Shown piece after piece: positions 1 to 9,000 of a stretch of 55,518 bases of DNA. The stretch lies in NCBI GenBank assembly GCA_947259245.1, contig CAMYLP010000007.1, positions 1 to 55,518 of the forward strand, given 5' to 3'. The stretch comes from an uncultured Patescibacteria group bacterium (lineage in GTDB: Bacteria; Patescibacteriota; Minisyncoccia; Phycocordibacterales; UBA12088). The notes beneath the pieces were generated by a model. It saw only the letters and a program-made list of their open reading frames with translations, did not search any database and was not told where the DNA came from. A program made the position numbers and the translations under genes. The first letter of the stretch is position 1; each line of letters starts with the position of its first letter.

Positions 1-2
1 CC

Positions 3-3000
3 GGGGCCAGTACACAATCAATCGGAGATGACTTTGAATGGGCAAACCTCAACCGTGACGTAGGGAGTGATGCAATTGCCGTCTGCTATATCGATGAGGA
101 TAATGACATTGGCGTCGTGCACTGGACCGGAGCTGCATGGGCGAACCAGCAAGAACTTGAGACTCTCGGTAACGCTGATACCGATCGTCCTGTTGACTGT
201 GCGTACGAGACAGAGGGTGCACGCAATGGGTACGTCATGGCGGTGTACAGTGATACAACGAACGTACGATACCAATCATGGAACGGAGCGACCTGGTCCG
301 GTGAAGCAAGTGTCTCGACCATTACTGACGCGAGCACTGTCCAAACGGCACGGAGCGACGACGGTCTTATCCTCGCGGTTGCCTTCGACGACGTGAACAG
401 CCAGTATGACTTCTCCTACTGGAACGGCTCTGTGTGGAGCAGCGCGCAGACACTTGAGACGAGTCCGTCGGTGACCGGCTCGCCATACAAGGAGCCGTTC
501 ATGATGGCACCTCGCAATAGTGCAGTTGCCGGTACACTGTATTCGCCCACGATCGATTTTGATGATGGGAACGGGCCGCAGTGGGACCAGGTATCATGGA
601 CCGACAGTGAACCTGGTAACAGTACGACGACCTACCAGGTCGAATACTACGACACCGCCTCCTCGAGTTGGAAGCTCGTGCCCGATGTCGATATACCCAA
701 TAACTCTGTGGGTACCACGACGGGCCCCATAGACATCAACAGCCTCAACACGACCACGTACAATGAGCTTCGCATCAAGGCGTACCTTGAGTGTGACCAG
801 AGCAGCAATTGCCCCGTCATCAATGACTGGACCGTCACGTGGTCTGAGGGTATCAACGTCAGCGGTATCGCACGTGAGTACGATCAGGTGACAAACGTCA
901 CCGCTGGCACCGTTGCCGTAGCAGTGAACGGTGCAGAACAGATAGGCAAGACTGGTTCCATCACCGCTGGCAACTGGACCATCAGCAACGTCACCACCTT
1001 CCCGGGTGACGTGGTCACCGTCTGGATAGACGGTGCTGGTGAGGCAAACGAAGCGGTCGCGGTCACCGTCTACGACGGCTCCGGACCGATCACCGGTATG
1101 ACGCTCTACGAACAGCACCTTAGTATCGGCTCGGACGACAATGCGACCACCACCAACCTAGAACTCGGCAGCTTTGACAACTCCGTCTCCGGTGATGAGG
1201 ATATATTCTTTGATGTCGATGCAAGTAACGACCTCTACGTCTGCGAGAGCGGGCAACCATCGTGCGGCAGTGAGCAGCTCTGGGTGCGTGATGGTTCGAC
1301 ATATGCGCCGAGCACATCGACCGCGGAGGTCATTCACACTCACGATATCGATATTGAGGGAACATTGGTTGCAAGCGGCAACACCTTCGAAGTTTCCGGT
1401 TCGTGGACCAACGACGGCATTTTCCTTGCTGACACCTCGAGCGTCATCTTTGATGCGACGTCCACGCTCGAGAGCATTGACTCCAGTACAGCAACGACAA
1501 GTGCGTTCAATAACGTGACGTTTGGCCAAGGTGCCTCGAACGCAACGTGGACACTTTCCTCGCTTTTGGATATCGATGGAACGCTCACTGCCACCTCCGG
1601 AGTGCTCGCACCGGGTGCAGGGTACGAGATAATGATCGCGGACGACCTTGTCATCGGGCCTACGGGCGTGTTCGTGAAGAGTACCGGCACCACGACCTTC
1701 GATGGTACGGGAACCAGCAACTGGAGTGATGCATCGAGCGGGCTCCAGGACATGGGTCTTGTCGTTGTCGATGGCAACAACAAGACCATTGCGCTCACGT
1801 CGGACGTGAAAGCAACGACTGTACTCGTAGGGGCGGATGACACGCTCGCGCTCGGTGGCTATACGCTCGAGTTGACCGGCAGCTTCGACAACAATGGAAC
1901 ACTCGTACCGCAGAACGGAGAGGTGCTCTTCAGCAGCACCGGTGGTGGCAACACCATCGACGCGGGTGCGTCCTCCTTCTACGACCTTACCTTCACTGGT
2001 GCGGGTGGTGCGTGGTCATTCCCGAGCGGCGAGGTGAGTGCCACAAACGACGTGACCATGACGAGCGGTACGGTGACCATGCCAACCGGCACCACGACCA
2101 TTGGCGGTTCGCTCCTCATTACGGGCGGTACGTTCGTGCACAACAACGGCCTTGTCTACTTCAACGCGGCAACCGCCGAGACCATTACAGCAAGCACGTC
2201 CGCCTTCTTTGACATGACCTTTAATGGCAGCGGCAGCTGGACGATGCAGGACACGGTCGCCACTTCGAGCAACGACGTGAGCCTGACCAGCGGTACCGTG
2301 ACATTCCCGACAGGCACGTTCAACATTGGGGGCTCGCTCACGACAAGTGCAGGTACGTTCGAGCATGCTACCGGCACCGTACGGTTCTACAGTACCGGCA
2401 CGGAGACGGTCAGTACCAACGGTTCCGCGTTCTACAACCTGCTTGTCGACGGGGCGAGTGGTGATATCACGCTCAGTGATACGAACGTTACCGTGGTCAA
2501 TGATGTCATTATACTCGCAGGGAACCTGAACCTACCGACCGGCACGCTCGATATCGCCGGCTCGCTCGACAGCGCGTTTGGTACGTTCTATCACGCTACC
2601 GGCACCGTAGCGTTCACATCGCTCGACACGGGCGAAACGGTTGAGACCGGTGGCTCGAACTTCTACAACGTGACCTTCAATAGTGCGACGGGCGGTTGGA
2701 CGGTTTCTGCGGATGCGACCAGTGAGAACGACTGGTCGCTTCAGAGCGCAGACACGTTCATAGCACCGAGTGGCGGCACCATCGAGGTTCAGGGTGACTT
2801 GACGAATCTTGTGGGCGGGGCGTCCACCACATGGTCCGGCAGCACGCTCTATCTGAACTCGGGGGCAACCTCGACCATCAACACCAAAACACAAGGTGCT
2901 GACAGCTATGCAACGCTACAACTTGGCGCAGACACCGACATCAAGATGTGGAACTCCACCTCAAGTACCTACACGGTCGACACTACGGGCTCGCTCTACT

Positions 3001-6000
3001 CCCAAGACCACGATGGGGTCGACGGAGACCTCTACATCTGGGGTACGTATGTACGCACCTCGGGTACCGAGTATTGGGCGTCCGCGACGGACTTTGACGG
3101 CACGAACCTCTCCGGAGGAAGTGAACGGTCAGTGCAGGTTCGGTTTGCCGATAGTGCGTATGCGACCATTACGGGTGCGACATTAGAGATACAGGGGACA
3201 AGCACCGCGACGACATCCGTTGCACACCAGGGGACGGGTGACTATGGTGTGACCGTCGAGGACGGTACGGTCAACGCACAGTACTACTCCTTCACGAACC
3301 TCGACGCAAACGGCTTCACCATTTCGGGCTCGTCCAGTATCACCTCGCTCGATAACGGACACTTTACGCTGACCCAGAACGGCGGAACGCTCATGCGCGT
3401 GTCCTCGAGTACCATTGACGCAAATCCCACGAAGCAGGTCTTCGTCCTTGGCTTTGCGACCACAAGCGCGATCACCGGCACGAACGTCGCTGTTGTGGGA
3501 ACGGCCCCATCATCGTACTGGACCTTCCGTGACCACTACGGCAACCTCGACGGTGAGGGGTACGACAACGACCCGGGCGGCAATCCGGGAGAACTCCGCT
3601 GGGATGACTCAGCCTTCGTCATTGCCGTCTCCGGTACGGTCTACAGTGGCGAGGGTGCAGGCGTACCAACCTTCTGCGATGGGGCGACACCGGTCGTATA
3701 CTTAAAGGTCGACGGTGCCGGGAGTTACAGTGCGAGCTGTGCGGCAGGCACCGGCGCGTACAGCATACCGAACGTGACCTTTAGCGGTGATGTGGTCTTG
3801 ACCGCGTACTTGAAGACGGCGGGCACTGAGGCGGCCACGGTCTCAAGAACGCCCAACGGCAACATTACCGACTTTGACCTGTACGAACGCCGCATTATTG
3901 TGAGGCATGAGGATGTGACGCCGCTCACCATCGAAGACATGTCCATCTTTGATGACACGGATGACCTTGATGTGCCGTTCATTGCGACGACCACCATCAT
4001 CCATCAGTTGCTCACAGAGCCGGACACCAAGCTCTACGTGTGGCAGAATAAGGAGTTTGCACCAGGTGGAGATGTCACACTGGAGTCCGGCGGCTCTGGG
4101 GCGAGCTATGATGGTTCCATACACTTGGCGGATAATGCGATCTTTACTGCTGCAAGTTCTGAGGAGCATAGCGTCGGAGGCTCATGGACAGCAGCCACCA
4201 GTTCCACGTTTGTACGCGCCGACTCGATCGTGACCTTCACAGCCACCACCAGCGGCAAGACCATTCAGCCGGCATCATCGTTCTTTGATGTTGAGTTCAA
4301 TGGCACCGGAGGCAGCTGGACCATTGCCTCGTCGACGACCATACGCGGCGAGCTGTTGTTGTCGGCAGGCACAGTGACGGGTACTGCCGACCTAACGGTA
4401 TTTGATGGACCAGTGACCGGTGACGGTGTGTTCAATATGACGGGTGGTGCTGTCACTCTACTTCACGGTGACTCCTTTGGTGGCAACAGTGACTGGACGT
4501 TCCATGACATCATCTTTGCGACGTCAACAGCAACCACAACAACCAAGGTGGGAACAGGAGACATCGTCATCGATGGCGAGCTCACGATAGGAGTCAACCA
4601 CACCCTCCAAGCCGGCTCGGTCGAATGGTTCTTCAGCGGGTCGGGTACTGTGCTCACTCACACTGGTACGTGGGCACCGCAAACATCGACCACAACGTAT
4701 AACGGTAACCTCGACACCACCATTGCTGCCGTCAACTACTATACGCTCCAAGCAGCACCAACATCCGGCTCACCAACATACACGGTAGAGACCGGTAATT
4801 TCACGGTGGACAAAGAATTCTTAGTCGGTGCGGGTGCTGCGGTGACTGTACAAGCAAACACCAACGATCCGCTCATCACGGTGCTTGGCGACATGACCAT
4901 AGCCGCAAATGCTACCTACGAGGCGGCAGGTGCAAATGACCTCTTCATTGGTGGGTCCTACGATAACAACGGTACGTTTGCGGCAAATGGCGGCGGTGTC
5001 ATCTTCAACAGCACCGACACCGGTGAGACGGTCTCCGCGGGAGGTAGCACGTTCCACCACATGGACTTCAAGAGTAGCACCGGCGGCTGGACCCTTACCG
5101 AGAGCGCGACGTCGACCGGCAATTTCTCCATAAGCTCCAGCTCGGATTGGACGTTGTCGAGTGGCGAGATACTTGAGGTGCAGGGTATGTTCACCAATCT
5201 CGTTGGTGGTGCATCGACCACGTGGACCGGTAGTACGCTGTACCTGAACTCGGGCACGAGCTACTCGGTCAACACACGAACAGATGCCGGTGACGCGTAT
5301 AGCACGCTCTCGGTTGGCGCGAATACGGACGTGCGCATGTGGTACAGCACAAGCACGAGCTTCAGTGTGAACGGCAGCGGCTCACTCTACTCACAGGACC
5401 ACGACGGTGTCGATGGTGACCTTTACATCTGGGGTGACTATGTAAGGAGCGCCGGCACCGACTATTGGAGTTGGGCGACCGACTTTGATGGTACAGACCT
5501 GTCCGGCGTTAGCGAGCGGGTTGTCGACGTGTACGTTGCAAGTGGCAGCACCATTACGCGCTCCGGTGGCACGCTTGAGATGCTCGGCACCTCGACCGCC
5601 ACCACGACGATACAGAACCAGGGCTCCGGCACGTACAGCTTCAATATCTCAGGCGGCACCATCAGCGCCCAGTACTACGCACTCAGAAACATGGACGCGA
5701 GCGGTCTCAATATCAGCGGCTCGCCTACGGTGACCTCGCTCTCTGATGGTAACCTCGAGCTGTCGGTTGACGCTGGGACACTTATCACCGTTGCCGCAAG
5801 TGTGATAACAGCCAATCCTTTGAAGATCATGTACAACAACCGGTTTGCCACCACGTCAGGTGTTACGACCGGCACGAACGTGACGGCAACGGGCGTGACC
5901 GGAAGCAGCTGGCGCTTCACAAGCCACTATGGCAACTTCGATGGTGAGGCGCTCGATGCTGATCCGGGTGGGGACCCAGGCTACATCATATGGGATGACT

Positions 6001-9000
6001 CAGCTGCGCAGATCACACTGTCTGGCTATGTATACGGCACGGATGAGGCAACGGTCTCGTCGGTCTGCGACGGTTCGACACCGGTCGTGCGGTTCCTCAT
6101 CAATGGTGCGAATCCCACGACCACAAGCTGTAACGCGGGCACCGGCCTCTACCAGTTCACCGGTATTGTGTACAATGTTGGCGACGTCTTTACGGTGTAT
6201 CTGGATACCAACGGCGGTGCGAAGGCAGCGAATGTGACCGTCGATCCGATCACGAACATTAACGACATGAACCTGTACGAGGACCGGCTCATTGTCCGTC
6301 ACGAAGGGGGTGACCCCATTACCATCGACGACCTTGATGCGTACGACGCTGACCAGGACGCTGACATTCTCTTCGACGCAGACGTTGGTAGTCCGGACAC
6401 GCTCACGCTCGATGCGGGAAGCAAGCTCATCGTCTGGGACAGTAAGACACTGGCCCCGGGCGGGGATGTGTCGGTCGCGCCACTCGGCGGCGGCACGAGT
6501 TACGATGGTACGCTCGAGCTTCAGGACGATGCTGGCTTTACCGCGGCGGGAACGGAGAGCCATACCGTTGGGGGAAGTTTTGAGAGCGGTACCGGAAGCT
6601 CACTTACCGCCGCGAATTCCACGTTCACGTTTACGGCGACGACGAGCGGCAAGACCATTGATTCCAATACGAGCGCATTTGCGAATATGGTGTTCAACGG
6701 AAGTGGCGGCGGTTGGACCTTTGTGGAGGGTGATGCGACCACGACAGGTGGTGTGACCATCACGAGCGGCACCGTGACACTTGCAACCAGTACGTTCGCT
6801 GTTGGTGGCTCACTGTCCAATAGTGATACGTTCAATGGCACAACGACCACATTTATCTTCACCGGAAGTGGCACGGAGACGATCACGTTCGGCGGGGATG
6901 ATGCCGGTTCGCTCGTCTTCACTGGATCTGGCTCATGGTCGATGCTCGATACCAACGCCACATCAACCGGGTCGGTCTCGATACAGTCGGGCACCGTCAC
7001 CCTGCCGAGTAGCACGCTTGCGGTACGTACGAGCTTTGACAATACTGGCGGGAGTTTCGTACAGACAGCCGGTACGTTGGAACTCTATGGTATAGAGGCA
7101 GCACAAACACTAACACTCGGTGGCAGCTCACTCGGCTCGCTCCTCGTGACCGGCTCCGGCTCATGGTCGTTTGTCGACACTGCAGCTACCACGACCGGTT
7201 CGGTGACGATTGCAAGCGGCGGGTTGATCGCGCCTGCAGCAGCGCTTGGTATCGGGGGGTCGCTTATTGCGAGCTCCACGTTCAACGCAAATGGCGGCAC
7301 GTTGTACTTCTTTGCGACCACGACCGGCCAGACGGTGGACCCTGGTGGTGCCACACTTGCTACCGTCATCTTTGAGGGCAGTGGAGGAGGATGGACGGTT
7401 GCCACGAGTGCAACATCAACAGGTGATTGGGTCTTACAGACGGGAGCGAGCTACACCATGGCAACAGGCACCGTTCTTGAGGTAGGCGGCATGTTCACAA
7501 ATGAGATAGGTGGAGCAGCGACAGACTGGACCGACAGCACGCTCTTCCTCAACGCATCGGGTACGACCTACAGCATCAACACAAAGACCTCCACCGGAGA
7601 TACGTATGCATTCCTCACTATCGGTGAGAATACCCACCTCTCCATGTGGAACTCGAGCGCGGCGACCACCACGACACAGACCAGCGCCTATCTCTACTCA
7701 CAGGATCACGGCAATAACGACGGCAGTCTGTATATCTATGGAATGTATGAACGAAGTACAGGTACTGAGCACTGGAGCTACGCGACTGACTTTGACGGTA
7801 CTGCGCTCGGTGGGAGCTCACGTGCAGTTGATGTCCGCATCGCCTCAAGCTCATCGGTGGTACTTACGGGTGGTGCGCTGAACATCGTAGGTGCCGTGGG
7901 CAACGTCACCGTTATTGATGTCATTACCTCGGGAGCATACGAGTTTAACGTTGACGGCGGTACGTTCAATGCAGAGCACTATAGCGTGTCAGGTACCGAC
8001 GCGCTGGGACTCAATTTCTCTGGAACACCAACCATTACAAACATGAACAATGGTACGTATACACTTACGACCAATGGTGGCACCATGATGAGAGTATCCT
8101 CCACAACGATAAATGCTAATCCGTCCCGCACTTTTTCAACACTATCGTTCTCCACAAGTACCGGTATCACGTCCGGGTACAACATCACGCGAGTTGGGAC
8201 GACCAGTAATATCTGGCAGTACGTGAACCATGCCGGAAATTATGATGGTGAGGACTTTGACAGTGATGGCGTGGACGCCTGTGGTCAAATACGGTGGAGC
8301 GACAGTGACTGTCTCGAGGTATCGCAGACACACTACCGCTTTAGGAACGATGACGGTGGTGAAGCGGCACCGGATAGCGAGTGGTACAATGCGAGCTGGT
8401 CCAAGCGTAAACCCATCAAGATTTATAATAGTGGAGGACCGGAGCTGACGAACTATGCCTTCGAGGTTGAGATTCCGTACGACAGTGACATGCAGGCAGA
8501 TTTCGACGACCTTCGGTTCACTGATGATTCTGGTACTACCTCGCTTTCGTACTGGTTTGAGGACGTTGCACTGTCTGCTACAGCGACCGCCTGGGTGAAA
8601 GTACCCACGGTAGAAGCGGACGGCGTGACTCGCATCTACGTGTATTACGGCAATGCGCTTGCAACGTCAGACGAGAATGGTGCCAACGTCTTCAGTTTCT
8701 TTGATGACTTCGAGGACAACAACATCACAGAGTACTCTGGCAGTGCGCAAGATATTTCCTACTTTGCTACAAATGCCTCATACAACTGGGAAGGGAGCTA
8801 TGGTTTGTCTGCTTCAGGCGGCAACACTGACAAACAAACCAATGGTGGTATCTATCGCACTGGTGCTGCATCAACCACGCAGGACTCCACCATCAGGTTC
8901 TTCCAAAAAATCACTGCCGGGACCGACGATGAACCGTGCACCCTGTTTGGTGTGCAGGGATCAGGCCAGAACTACGGTGTCTGTCTCGACCAATATACCA

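Noticed and set aside
594-7042. Many long ORFs antisense to, or in alternative frames of, the giant gene (for example 594-1118, 1340-1843, 6000-6563, 6521-7042, up to 187 aa).
   Set aside because: They lie entirely inside a much longer, internally consistent ORF with recognisable domains. Their translations are low-complexity (R/S/V/P-rich), and the repetitive T/S/G codon usage of the sense strand suppresses stop codons on the other frames.
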